This document shows, one piece after another, positions 33,127 through 44,502 of a stretch of 64,000 bases of DNA. The position numbers and the translations under genes were made by a program. The notes beneath the pieces were generated by a model. That model was not told the origin of the DNA. It saw nothing but the letters and a program-made list of their open reading frames with translations, and ran no database searches. Positions within the stretch are counted from its first letter, which is position 1. Each line of letters begins with the position of its first letter. The stretch covers positions 558,001-622,000 of the forward strand of contig OZ218961.1 in assembly GCA_965112735.1 (NCBI GenBank), read 5' to 3'. The stretch is from Phaeosaccion multiseriatum. Taxonomy: Eukaryota; Protista; Ochrophyta, other classes.

Positions 33127-35001
33127 ATGAGGATAAAAGCTTACGCTGCTGCGCCTGTGGAGAGCGTGCAGCAGCCGCAGGAGCAACAACAGGCTGAGGT
33201 GAGGAGGAGAATCGCAAGCCACATTGTTGGGCGAGAGTACGATGCCCTGGTGGGGCTTTTACAGGGCTACGAGGGCAAGGGGGTGGTCGAAGTGATGCAG
33301 CACGCTTTTGAGGCCATCGCGGCCCTTCCCCGTCTGAGCCGCAGCTCCTCCGCTAATAGGAAGGGCCGTGGTGAGGCCTTGCCCCTGGTGCAGGCGGGGA
33401 TGGACAAGGAAGTGGTTCGAGCTCTCTCGAAGCACGCTGCGGACGCGGGCGTAGCGCAAGCAGGGCTGGGCGTTGTGGTGTACCTGACTAGCGACGACGA
33501 AGTCAGGACCAGGCTTGGTGATGTGGGCGCGTGCGAGGCAGTGGTCGCAATCATGAAGCATCACGTAGGGGACAGATGTGTCCAAGAGGCGGCAATCAGG
33601 GCTGTTCTGAGTCTGGGTCTAGGCGAGGCCAACGCGACGAAACTGGGAGGGGCGGGTGCGTGTGAGGCCTTGGTAGCGACAATGGTGAAGAACGCAGGAG
33701 ACAGATGTATCCAAGTGCAGGGCTGCAGAGCTGTTACGAGTCTGAGCAGTGGAGACGAGGACAACACGAGGAAACTAGGAGAAGCGGGTGCGTGCGAGGC
33801 GGTGATGGTGACCATGTCCAGCAATGCAGGGGACAGAGAGGTCCAAGAGACGGCATGTGGGGCTGTCGTGAATCTGAGCAGAGGAGATGAGGGCAACAAG
33901 AGCAAGTTAGTAGAAGCAGGGGCGTGTGAAGGATTGGTGGCATGCATGACGAAGCACGTGGGGGACGCACTCGTTCAATTGTGGGCATGCGCAGCTGTCG
34001 GGAGTCTGAGCGGTGGAAACGAGGCCAATAGGAAGAGACTGGGCGAGGCGGGTGCGTGTGAGGCCTTGGTGCGGACAATGGTGAACAACGCTGGGGATAG
34101 AGGCATCCAAGTGCAGGCATGCAAGGCTGTTGCGAATCTGAGTAATGGACACAAGACCAACACCAAGAGACTGGGCGAGGCGGGTGCGTGCGAGGCGGTG
34201 ATGGTGATGGTGAGGAGCAATGCAGGGGACAAAGGTGTCCAAGAGCAGGCATGCGCGGCTGTTGCGAATCTCACCTGTGCGAATGAGGCGAACGCGAGGA
34301 AATTAGGCCAGGCGGGTGCGTGCGAGGTGGTGATGGTGGCATTAACGAGCCATGCGCAGGGCAGAGGTGGCCAAGAGGATGAGTGCAGAGCTGTGGCGAA
34401 GGCTGTTGCGCATCTGTGTGTCGACGAGGCCAACAGGAGGAAATTCGGAGAAACGGGTGCGTGCGAGGCATTGGTCAAGACGATGCTCAAGTATGCTTGG
34501 GACAGCGATGTCCAGGGGCAGGCATGCAGGGCAGTAGGGACTTTGAGCCGTGGAAGTGAGGCCAACACCAAGAGACTGGTCGAGGCGGGTGCGTGCGAGG
34601 CGGTGGTGACGGCCATGGTGAAGTACGCAGAGGACAGAGGTGTCCAAGAGCAGGCATGCGCGGCTGTTGCGAGTCTGAGCAGTGAAAACGAGGCCAACAA
34701 CACGAGGAAGTTTGGCAAGGCGGGTGCATGTGAGGAAGTGGTGGCGGCCATGAAGAGGCACCCAATGGACAGAGGTGTCCAAGAGCAGGCATGCACGGCA
34801 GTTGTGAGTCTGAGTGTAGACGAGGGCAACAAGAAGAGACTGGGCGAGGCGGGTGCGGTGGAGGCAACATTGGCGGCGATGAAGCACCACAAGGGGGACA
34901 AAGGTATCAAAAAGCAGGCGAAGAGAGTGTTTCGTCAGGGTCTGAGTTCCCGCAAGACATTGACGAAGATGAAGGCATTGAAGAAGCGAATGTTCGCGTA
35001 A
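33127..35001 (+). CDS. Intronless armadillo (ARM)-repeat protein, 624 aa
   Basis: About 11-12 tandem 42-43 aa repeats with consensus LGEAGACEAVV.AM..HAGDRGVQEQAC.AVANLS...EAN.KR. The ORF is uninterrupted, and the stop-codon region is tandemly duplicated (29 bp). Confidence 0.9.
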   Translation: MRIKAYAAAPVESVQQPQEQQQAEVRRRIASHIVGREYDALVGLLQGYEGKGVVEVMQHAFEAIAALPRLSRSSSANRKGRGEALPLVQAGMDKEVVRALSKHAADAGVAQAGLGVVVYLTSDDEVRTRLGDVGACEAVVAIMKHHVGDRCVQEAAIRAVLSLGLGEANATKLGGAGACEALVATMVKNAGDRCIQVQGCRAVTSLSSGDEDNTRKLGEAGACEAVMVTMSSNAGDREVQETACGAVVNLSRGDEGNKSKLVEAGACEGLVACMTKHVGDALVQLWACAAVGSLSGGNEANRKRLGEAGACEALVRTMVNNAGDRGIQVQACKAVANLSNGHKTNTKRLGEAGACEAVMVMVRSNAGDKGVQEQACAAVANLTCANEANARKLGQAGACEVVMVALTSHAQGRGGQEDECRAVAKAVAHLCVDEANRRKFGETGACEALVKTMLKYAWDSDVQGQACRAVGTLSRGSEANTKRLVEAGACEAVVTAMVKYAEDRGVQEQACAAVASLSSENEANNTRKFGKAGACEEVVAAMKRHPMDRGVQEQACTAVVSLSVDEGNKKRLGEAGAVEATLAAMKHHKGDKGIKKQAKRVFRQGLSSRKTLTKMKALKKRMFA

Positions 35002-35688
35002 AGGCACTGAAGAAGCGAATGCTGGCGTAAAAGAGGCGATGGTAAGATTAGTGTTGAACAATAGTCTAAATGCGAAAATGAAGGCCCTTCTTTTCTCATA
35101 CGTCAGCAAGCCAACAACCCCCCTCTTCTTACGTATCCTCCTTCCTGCCCGTCCGCTGTGCTCTACTAGTACCACTGAAACTGTCCTTCGGTATCCGCTC
35201 CTATGTGGCGTAGTCCACCCTCAGCAGGCCGAACCGTTCCGATTAGCCGTAGCTCCACTCTGTGTTCAGCAGCCAGGGCAAAGGTATGCAAGAGGGGCAG
35301 CGAGGGGCGCGAGCAGACCAACTGGAGCAGCGGCAGGCACGTGGACGCCCCCCTACATGCGCACTCACTCAGGCAGTGTTCTCTGCCCAGATCCCCTTAT
35401 ATTGCCCGGACTGAGCCCCCCACCAGCCGGAGAACGCAAGGGGTCCTGCCATCGTGTAAGAGTGATCATGTGTCTTCGTCTCCCTCTGCTGTTGGACAGC
35501 ACATGACCACATCGCTCTCTGACACTCCTCGAAGTGAGCCAACCACGGCCTTCCACCTAGCTATCCGCTGACCCTTGCTTGCTAGCTGGCAGTCGGCCCT
35601 CATCAGTCAGGAAGGCAGGGGGGGACAGTTACACTCTTGCCACCTCTCTCGTGTCATTCTGTCTCTTCTGCGCAAATTCACCCCCCTC

Positions 35689-36732
35689 TCAGTCCTGGCA
35701 GTCGCACGGGTGTCCATTGGCGTGCACCCACTGCTTGATTTCCTCAAAGGTTTTGGCGTTAATGTCCCCTTCCTCTTCCTCCTCTGTCCATGATGACTGT
35801 GGGCACGACTTTTTGTCCCACTCGCACTGCACTTCGTCCGATCGGAGCCATTTCAGCACAGCAAGACTCTTGCCCTCCCTTGCTGCAACACTACAGAGGT
35901 CCGCATCCCAATCACAGAGGTGGCGAGCATTGGCGTGGAGCAACTGCAGCACCTCTAGATGGCCCCCTCCAGCTGCATACAAAACCCCACTGCACGAACG
36001 GCCGAATCGATCCTCTTCCAGCAAAGCCCTCGTTGGAGAATGCTCGAGAAGCCATTCCACTACAGGAACATGCCCATTCTTGCATGCGTCGTACCAACAC
36101 TCAAAATCAAAAGGTACGTGACCCTCCGACATGAGCCACTTGAGCATCTCCAAGTGCCCTGTTCCTGCCGCCTCCACACACATGATGGAGCCGTCAGTGT
36201 ACCACGGGCACTGCTCCTTGTCGAGAAAGTCCTCTGAGCGCAGCCACTTGAGTACTCTCAGGCCATGCTTGCTGTTACGCGCCGTTGCATTACACACATG
36301 CTCATCCCAGGGACAGTCCTTGCCATGGAGGGCCTCGCATACTTCGACATCTCCATGCCGGGCAGCGGCCTTGAAGAGCTTGGCACTCAGCTCGAGGCCT
36401 TGCTGACTTGTCGCCCAGTTCAAGCACTCCACAGAGCTGACCACGGATGAAAATGATGTCTCCGCTCCTGGATACAAAGCGGTGTAGCTGGCCCTCCACT
36501 GCGTGCTCACACCAGCCACGAAGCAGAAGCGCCCTTCTTCCACGTACTCCAAGATGATACGGAGCACTTCGAGCTGTGCCAAAGCTTCGTGGCAAGCTTC
36601 AAAGAGCAGCCCACTCCCTCCTTCATCTGAAGCAGTAGCACTGGCACCACCACCACAAGTCGCTGCCATCCTCCGCCGCTGCGTAGATCCCCCCGCCCCC
36701 TCTCCAAAAGACATTATCCGCTGCGGCCTCAT
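35689..36732 (-). CDS. Intronless F-box-like + ankyrin-like repeat protein (~347 aa)
   Basis: First in-frame ATG at 36732. F-box-like segment LEVLRIILEYVEEGRFCFVAGVSTQWRASY, followed by AARHGDVEVCEAL..KDCPWDE, AAGTGHLEMLKWL, ACKNGHVPVVEWL and AAGGGHLEVLQLL repeats. Confidence 0.8.
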   Translation of the reverse strand: MRPQRIMSFGEGAGGSTQRRRMAATCGGGASATASDEGGSGLLFEACHEALAQLEVLRIILEYVEEGRFCFVAGVSTQWRASYTALYPGAETSFSSVVSSVECLNWATSQQGLELSAKLFKAAARHGDVEVCEALHGKDCPWDEHVCNATARNSKHGLRVLKWLRSEDFLDKEQCPWYTDGSIMCVEAAGTGHLEMLKWLMSEGHVPFDFECWYDACKNGHVPVVEWLLEHSPTRALLEEDRFGRSCSGVLYAAGGGHLEVLQLLHANARHLCDWDADLCSVAAREGKSLAVLKWLRSDEVQCEWDKKSCPQSSWTEEEEEGDINAKTFEEIKQWVHANGHPCDCQD

Positions 36733-38049
36733 CTCTGCAGTCAAAGTCCTTCCCCGTAGCAGCTTCAAGCTTCTAAGTTTTTTGCTCTTCGTCCCTTTCC
36801 TCTGCTGGGAGACTTTAGTATCTGCTGGGAGCCGATGAGCTCTGCGGGCAGGACAGGGGCGGGCGCGGAGCAGGAGGGCAATGAGAGGCCGTGGAAGAAG
36901 GGCAGCAGCAGTGAGAACTAATGTACAGGACAAGCCCACTCCTGCCCTTTCTTCTGACAGAAGGGCATGCTAACGCTGTTGCTCCCCCCAAAGAGAGTGG
37001 GGACCTTCTTTTCAGCCCGCTCTTACCTTAGTTGTTCATGATCCGGAGGCACGCCCTCACCAGTAGCAGCAGGAGGATGGCGGCCCCTTCCTGATCTGCC
37101 TTGTCTTGTTTCCTCTGGTTTCAGCTTGCAGTGGTGAGGAGGGAAGGAGGAGGGAGAAGAAGAAAGAACATAAAGTGCCATCTATGGTTGTCTAAAAGTA
37201 ACGCCTCACCCCGCGGGAATAGCCTCCCCCAATGGCAGCCCAAGATCAGCCCACCACGGCTCTTCATTCCGCTCTTGCGATGGTCTTAAGATCAGCAGAG
37301 GCCGAAGCCAGCGACAGCGACTCCTTCCAATGAAGCTCATGTCTCAAATTTAGCCCGTAGTTGCCGCACGGGAAGGGGCTTTGAAGCCAGAGCCCCGTCT
37401 CCTGGATAGAGAAGGGCTGCACATTGACCATGGAGAGGCCACAGCAATGGGGAGAGGAAGCTTGCAGTGAGAATTCTTGTCGGGCTCAAGGTGAGGACAG
37501 AGAGGAGAGGCACCGCCAGAACTGAGCCCCCCCCCCCCCTCTCCCACTGTCCCTAACCGATGCTGTGCAAAGGTCCCTCAATTCGGCTTTTCACGCTCAC
37601 TCCCTTGAGCTAAGCTGTAGCGCCCTTCCATGTTTCCATCTGCAGGAGTACTGCCAAGGCGTGAAGGTCGTCTTCGTCCGGCATCCCGCGTGACCTGGTC
37701 ACTCTCCTAGTGGCCCCGGCCTCGCACGAGTTACCACATGGTATTCTCGTGCATCAAATGCACGAGCTTGCTTCGCCCTTATGGCGCACAAGATACTGTA
37801 GCATATTGATGCAATACGCGTTTCCAAGACGGGGAGGGGCTGCAGACCGCCGAGGATCATGCAGGGCTCGGCTGCCGTGAGGGAGGAGAGAGCAATAGGC
37901 GTGAGAGGTGGGCGCTACGAGAGGAGGCTCCACCTACGGGGCGCGAGGGCGATGGAGCTGAGAGGAGGAGCAGGGTAGGTATGGGTAGTGAAGTGGTGGA
38001 GCTTAGAGTGGGCCGCCGCCTTGCTGGTGAGTCAGGCTTCTTGGCGCAG

Positions 38050-38620
38050 TTGGTTGACTGACTGACTGACTGACTGACTGATTGATTGGCTAAGTGACTG
38101 ACTGACTGACTGACTGACTGGCTGGCTGGCTGGCTGGCTGACTGACTGATTGTCGAGAGAGGAGAGCGATGCGATGACATACATGTGCGTGTGTGCTGGC
38201 CCTGTGGGATGCACGCTTCACCCCTGACCGCTCCGCCTCCTCCTCATCAACTGACATCCCCATCCATCAACTGCCATCCCCACATGACTCTACACGCACG
38301 GACTGAATGTATTCAGGAAGGGCCAAACGCTGATTTGTGAGGAGATGATGGCGGCGGTCTTCCATTTCGCCAAGGCTGAGGAGCACCGCCGTATGACCAA
38401 CGCCTTGGCTATCTGCTCATCATGCAGCACATTCAGCGAGACGTGCGAGGGGCAAGGGGGGAGAGGAGGAGGGGCATCCGTTGGTGATACAGGAGGAGAA
38501 GAGGAAGGAGGGGGGGAAGGAGGGCTGCAGAGGGAGAGGGCGTCGGACATACACCCCCTGCCCTCGCCGCTATGAACAGCGCAGACGTGAGTAGCAGTGG
38601 ATGAAGGGGGGGGGGGGGGC
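38050..38620 (+). pseudogene. Displaced duplicate of one exon (with flanking intron) of the EF-hand/WD40 gene
   Basis: Matches ~29680-30450: (GACT)n, then LNVFRKGQTLICEEMMAAVFHFAKAEEHRRMTNAL...MNSAD|gtgagt. The acceptor cag is mutated to cgg and the copy is frameshifted. Confidence 0.85.
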
Positions 38621-39020
38621 GGGGGTCGTTGGGTGCGTCCACCCAGGTGCGAAGGCTTTAGTGTTTATTGTTCTTTCTGAGCATATATCGAAGAAGGTTG
38701 TGAGTGAGTGATACTCTTCTGTTCCGCACCCACTGACATCCCTCTACTCTCTCCCTCCCTTGCCCCTCTCTCCCGTTTCCTCTCCTTCTCCTGCTCCCGC
38801 TCCCTCTCCCTCTCGCCCTCCCTCTCCCTCTCCTCCTTCCCCTCTCCCTCTCCCTCCCCCTCCCCCTCTCTCCCGTTTCCTCTCCTTCTCCTTCTCCCGC
38901 TCCCTATCCCTCTCGCCCTCCCTCTCTCTCCTCTTATTCCCCTCTCCCTCTCCCTCCCCTTCTCCTCTTCCTCTCTCTCTCTCGCTCCCTCTTCCTCTCT
39001 CTCTCCCTCTCCCTCTCCCT

Positions 39021-39400
39021 CAGGAGCAGGCATGCTGGGCTGTTGCGAATCTGAGCTGTAGAAACGAGGCCAACGGGAAGAGACTGGGCGAGGCGGGTGC
39101 GTGCGAGGCGGTGGCCCTCCATGCAGGGACAGCGGTGTCCAGGAGAAGGCATACCCGGCTGTGGTGGCGCTTCTGATCATTGGCTGGTAACGAGGCCAAC
39201 GCGAAGAGACTGAGCGAGACGGGGCGGTGGAGGCAGCATTGGCGGTGATGAAGCGCCTCAAAGAGGATCAAGATACCACAAAGGGGTGAACATGGATGTT
39301 TAAGACCAAGCGAAGAGCGTTCGTTCTCGGTATGGGCCTGTGCACCCGCAAGGCATCGACGAGGATGCAGGCTCTTAAAGCGAATGTACACAGAAGAGGA
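39021..39400 (+). pseudogene. ARM-repeat gene 3' relic (further copies at ~41110-41410 and ~43060-43340)
   Basis: QEQACWAVANLSCRNEANGKRLGEAGACEAV, followed by frameshifted homology to the C-terminus of 33127-35001. Confidence 0.8.
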
Positions 39401-39582
39401 TGGCTTTGTGTGGAAGTACATGTAACTTGATTAAGGTTGCCAAGGCTCTCCTTATCAAATTAAAGTATCCTCCCCTTGCCCCGTCTCATCCAACAGGCTA
39501 TGCCTACCGCCGCTCCTTCGTGGCTTATGTGTCTTGCTGCTGCACTCTATCCTCGGATGGTCACATACGTAAATTCAACACT

Positions 39583-40547
39583 TTATTTGTACATCTCCAC
39601 GTTGATGCTGGACACGGGGTTCCTCCAGTCGTAACGCTGCTCCACAAGGGATCCCACTCCGTGGAAGCCTCGGGAGATGTGGACAAAGCCCTCTCCAGTC
39701 CCTCCGGACACGTTGCCAGAATCGGAGGGGCAGGCAGGGCCGGGCATATCCGAGCACTGGCGTATCCAACGCGTGAGAGTGGGAGGGGGAGGAGGGTGGA
39801 GGGGGGAGGAGGCGAAAGAAGGGCACGGGTGAAAGGACGAAAGGGGGGGGGGGATGTTTGTCAGCGCAGTAACACGGGCTTCTTGACAAGATAGACGAGA
39901 GAGCGCTGCTGTTGGCCGCCACCCTGCCTCGTGCCCTCTGCCTCATACGCTAAAGCACATGCAACATCAGCACATAAATCGATGGAAGAAGAGAGCCCCC
40001 ATACACACATACCAGTTGCTTGCCCACCTCACGACGCACTCACCATCTCAGTGTTCGCCTCCGTTCCAGAGTCCCAAGCAGGAGCCATGGTGGAGAGCCC
40101 CTCATAGCCCAAGGGCATGGCGCTGACTCCCATGAAGGCGTCGTTGGTGTTGATGAGCATGGTCACAGTAGAGAAGGACAGCGTGTCGCAATCGCAGTCC
40201 TCGGACACCGTAAGCATACCCTCCCACGTCTCTCCAGGGAAGAGAGGGCCCTCCCCGACCGTGTAGCCGCACACGAGGTCGTTGGATCCCAGAAGCTCCA
40301 CCAGGGCACTGGCATCGCCGTCCTCGGCGACAGACTGGAGAGGTCCAGACGCCGGCACCATGGGCTCGAAGACCTTGAATCCCTTGTTGTGCGCCACCGC
40401 CACGACGGGGCTGAAGGGCTGTCGGAAGGTGAGGTTGTCCACGGAAACACTGTAGGTTCCCTCGCACTCCTTGGCCGCCGCGCCAGTGGTAGCTGCGCCG
40501 AGGAGAGCGGCAATCATGGTGGTCTTGATGGTGGATGAAGAGAACAT
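39583..40547 (-). CDS. Spondin_N-domain protein, copy B
   Basis: Exons 40547-40044 and 39756-39583; intact and nearly identical to copy A; ends EMYK. Confidence 0.85.
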
Positions 40548-41589
40548 GGTGAGAGCTTTGTTGTTTGCTTGAGTTGCTGGGCCGGCTTGCTGCTACTGCT
40601 GCTGGTGTTATGGGTTGGCTTGCTTGTGAGGAGGAAAGGATTGAGGTGCGTCCTGCCTCGTGTTACAACTGTAGTGAGTATCTTTCGCCTAACAGACCCC
40701 TGAGTTGGTGCCACTGCTCGGCAAAATCATGTATCTGTCCTTGTTTCGGGCCAATTTTGGGCGGGAAACCCTTTCTTCGTCCCGAGGGCCCGTGCCACGA
40801 CACACCCACCCCCGCACGGCCAACCTTCGAGCATCTTTGGGATTGCTGGAAGGGCCGAGGTAGCGTTGATTGGGATGGAGCACCACAGTTCAAGGGGAGG
40901 GGGGAAGGTGTGCGAGAGGAGACGAAGAAAGCTGGTCAGATGATTTTAGTAAATTTGAAGGGGCTACATTCTCCAGTCGACCCCTGAAGAGTAAGGGCTA
41001 GCGCCGGCGTCAGCCGCCCTTGACCTGCTACCGAGCAGCCGACCACCCCCCCCCCCCCGATGGCGCCAGCGCTAGGGCTTGCCACCTGCTACCGCCGGCG
41101 TCGGCCGGCGTGCTACCACTGGCGAACAAAGACAAAGTCGGGGAGGCGGGTGGGTGTGAGGCGGTCGTCGCGGCCATGACCCCCCATGCAGGGACAGCGG
41201 TGTCCAGGAGAAGGCATGCCCGGCTGTGATGGCGCTTCTCAGCTGTAGCAACGAGGCCAACGCAAGAGACTGGGCGAGGCGGGGGTGGTGTAGGCAGCAT
41301 TGCGGGTGGTGCTTCATCACCACGTCAAAGGACCAGCCAGGCAAAGATAGTTGTGGGTATGGGCCTGTGCAAGGCATCGACGAGGATGCAGGCTCTTAAG
41401 AAGCGAAAGTACATAGAAGATGGCTTTGTGTGTAAGTACAAATAAATTGATTAAGGTTGCCAAGGCTCTCCTTATCAAATTGTAGTATCCTCCCCTTGCA
41501 TCCAACAGGCTATGCCTACCGCCGCTCCCTCGCTACGTATGTGCCTTGCTGCACTACTCTGTCCTCGTTATTTACATAAATTCAACACT

Positions 41590-42546
41590 TTATTTGTACA
41601 GCTCCACGTTGATGCTGGACACGGGGTTCCTCCAGTCGTAACGCTGCTCCACAAGGGATCCCACTCCGTGGAAGCCTCGGGAGATGTGGACAAAGCCCTC
41701 TCCAGTCCCTCCGGACACGTTGCCAGAATCGGAGGGGCAGGCAGGGCCGGGCATATCCGAGCACTGGCGTATCCAACGCGTGAGAGTGGGAGGGGGAGGA
41801 GGGTGGAGGGGGGAGGAGGCGAAAGAAGGGCACGGGTGAAAGGACGAAAGGGGGGGGGGATGTTTGTCAGCGCAGTAACACGGGCTTCTTGACAAGATAG
41901 ACGAGAGAGCGCTGCTGTGGGCCGCCACCCTGCCTCGTATATCATACACTAAAGCACATGCAGCAACAGCGCATATGAAGATAGAAGAAGAGAGCCCCCA
42001 CGCACACATACCAGTTGCTTGCCCACCTCACGACGCACTCACCATCTCAGTGTTCGCCTCCGTCCCCGAGTCCCAAGCAGGAGCCATGGTGGAGAGCCCC
42101 TCATAGCCCAAGGGCATGGCGCTGACTCCCATGAAGGCGTCGTTGGTGTTGATGAGCATGGTCACAGTAGAGAAGGACAGCGCGTCGCAATCGCAGTCCT
42201 CGGACACCGTAAGCATGCCCTCCCACGTCTCTCCAGGGAAGAGAGGGCCCTCCCCGACCGTGTAGCCGCACACAAGGTCGTTGGATCCCAGGAGCTCCAC
42301 CAGGGCACTGGCATCGCCGTCCTCGGCGACAGACTGGAGAGGTCCAGACGCCGGCACCATGGGCTCGAAGACCTTGAATCCCTTGTTGTGCGCCACCGCC
42401 ACGACGGGGCTGAAGGGCTGGCGGAAGGTGAGGTTGTCCACGGAAACACTGTAGGTTCCCTCGCACTCCTTGGCCGCCGCGCCAGTGGTAGCTGCGCCGA
42501 GGAGAGCGGCGATCATGGTGGTCTTGATGGTTGATGAAGAGAACAT
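41590..42546 (-). CDS. Spondin_N-domain protein, copy C
   Basis: Exons 42546-42043 and 41763-41590; intact; ends ELYK. Confidence 0.85.
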
Positions 42547-43537
42547 GGTGAGGAGTTCGGCTGTTTGAGTTGCTGGGCGGGCTTGCTGCTACTGCTGCTG
42601 GTGTTATGGGTTGGCTTGCTTGTGAGGAGGAAAGGATTGAGGTGCGTCCTTGTGTTAGTGAGTATCTTTCGCCTAATCCCCTTGGAAAATCATGTCCTTG
42701 TTTCGGGTCATTTTTTTGGGCGGGAAACCCTTTCTTCCTCCCGAGGGCCCGTTGCCACGACACACCCACCCCCGCACGGCCAACCTTCGAGCATCTTTGG
42801 GATTGCTAGAAGGGCCGAGGCAGCGTTGATTGGGATGAAGCACCACAGTTCAAGGGGAGGGGGGAAGGTTTGCGAGAGGAGACGAAGAAAGCTGGTCAGA
42901 TGATTTTAGTAAATCTGAAGTGGCTACATTCTCCAGTCGAAGGGTAGCGCCGGCGTCAGCCGCCCTTGACCTGCTACCGAACAGCCGGCCAGACCCCCCC
43001 CTGACGGCGCCAGCGCTAGGGCTTGCCACCTGCTACCGCCGGTGTCAGCCGGCGTGCTACCACTGGCGAACAAAGACAAAGTCGGGGAGGCGGGTGGGTG
43101 TGAGGCGGTCGTCGCGGCCATGACCCCCCATGCAGGGACAGCGTGTCCAGGAGAAGGCATGCCCGGCTGTGGTGGCGCTTCTCAGCTGTAGCAACGAGGC
43201 CAACGCAAAAGGGACTGGGCGAGGCGGGGGGTGGTGAAGGCAGCATTGCGGGTGGTGGGACCAGGCGAAGAGAGTTGTGGGTATGGGCCTGTGTACCCGC
43301 AAGGCATCGACGAGGATGCAGGCTCTTAAGAAGCGAAAGTACACAGAAGAGGATGGCTTTATGTGTAAGATATACAAATGAATTGATTAAGGTTGCCAAG
43401 GCTATCCTTATCAAATTGTAGTATCCTCCCCTTGCTTGCAATCCAACAGGCTATATGCCTACCGCCGCTCCCTCGCTACGTATGTGCCTTGCTGCACCAC
43501 TCTGTCCTCGGATGGTTATTTACACAAATTCAACACT

Positions 43538-44502
43538 TTATTTGTACATCTCCACGTTGATGCTGGACACGGGGTTCCTCCAGTCGTAACGCTGCTCCAC
43601 AAGGGATCCCACTCCGTGGAAGCCTCGGGAGATGTGGACAAAGCCCTCTCCAGTCCCTCCGGACACGTTGCCAGAATCGGAGGGGCAGGCAGGGCCGGGC
43701 ATATCCGAGCACTGGCGTATCCAACGCGTGAGAGTGGGAGGGGGAGGAGGGTGGAGGGGGGAGGAGGCGAAAGAAGGGCACGGGTGAAAGGACGAAAGGG
43801 GGGGGGGATGTTTGTCAGCGCAGTAACACGGGCTTCTTGACAAGATAGACGAGAGAGCGCTGCTGTTGGCCGCCACCCTGCCTCGTGCCCTCTGCTCATA
43901 CGCTAAAGCACATGCAACATCAGCACATAAGACGACGGAAGAAGAGAGCCCCCATACACACATACCAGAGTTGCTTGCCCACCTCACGACGCACTCACCA
44001 TCTCAGTGTTCGCCTCCGTTCCAGAGTCCCAAGCAGGAGCCATGGTGGAGAGCCTTTCATAGCCCAAGGGCATGGCGCTGACTCCCATGAAGGCGTCGTT
44101 GGTGTTGATGAGCATGGTCACAGTAGAGAAGGACAGCGTGTCGCAATCGCAGTCCTCGGACACCGTAAGCATGCCCTCCCACGTCTCTCCAGGGAAGAGA
44201 GGCCCCTCCCCGACCGTGTAGCCGCACACAAGGTCGTTGGATCCCAGGAGCTCCACCAGGGCACTGGCATCGCCGTCCTCGGCGACAGACTGGAGAGGTC
44301 CAGACGCCGGCACCATGGGCTCGAAGACCTTGAATCCCTTGTTGTGCGCCACCGCCACGACGGGGCTGAAGGGCTGGCGGAAGGTGAGGTTGTCCACGGA
44401 AACACTGTAGGTTCCCTCGCACTCCTTGGCGGCCGCGCCAGTGGTAGCTGCGCCGAGGAGAGCGGCGATCATGGTGGTCTTGATGGTGGATGAAGAGAAC
44501 AT
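43538..44502 (-). CDS. Spondin_N-domain protein, copy D
   Basis: Exons 44502-43999 and 43711-43538; intact; ends EMYK; G>R change in YERL. Confidence 0.85.

Noticed and set aside
33259-35175. Antisense ORFs over the ARM gene, and similar ones over the spondin and Tudor-like genes (e.g. 56320-57543)
   Set aside because: Shadow frames of GC-rich coding sequence with no independent protein signature.
36733-36939. N-terminal extension of the ankyrin ORF from a GTG start
   Set aside because: In a eukaryotic gene the first in-frame ATG is at 36732; the extension has no domain signal.
37620-37880. Possible captured exon fragment
   Set aside because: It looks coding-like but no frame gives a recognisable domain; cannot be supported without a search.
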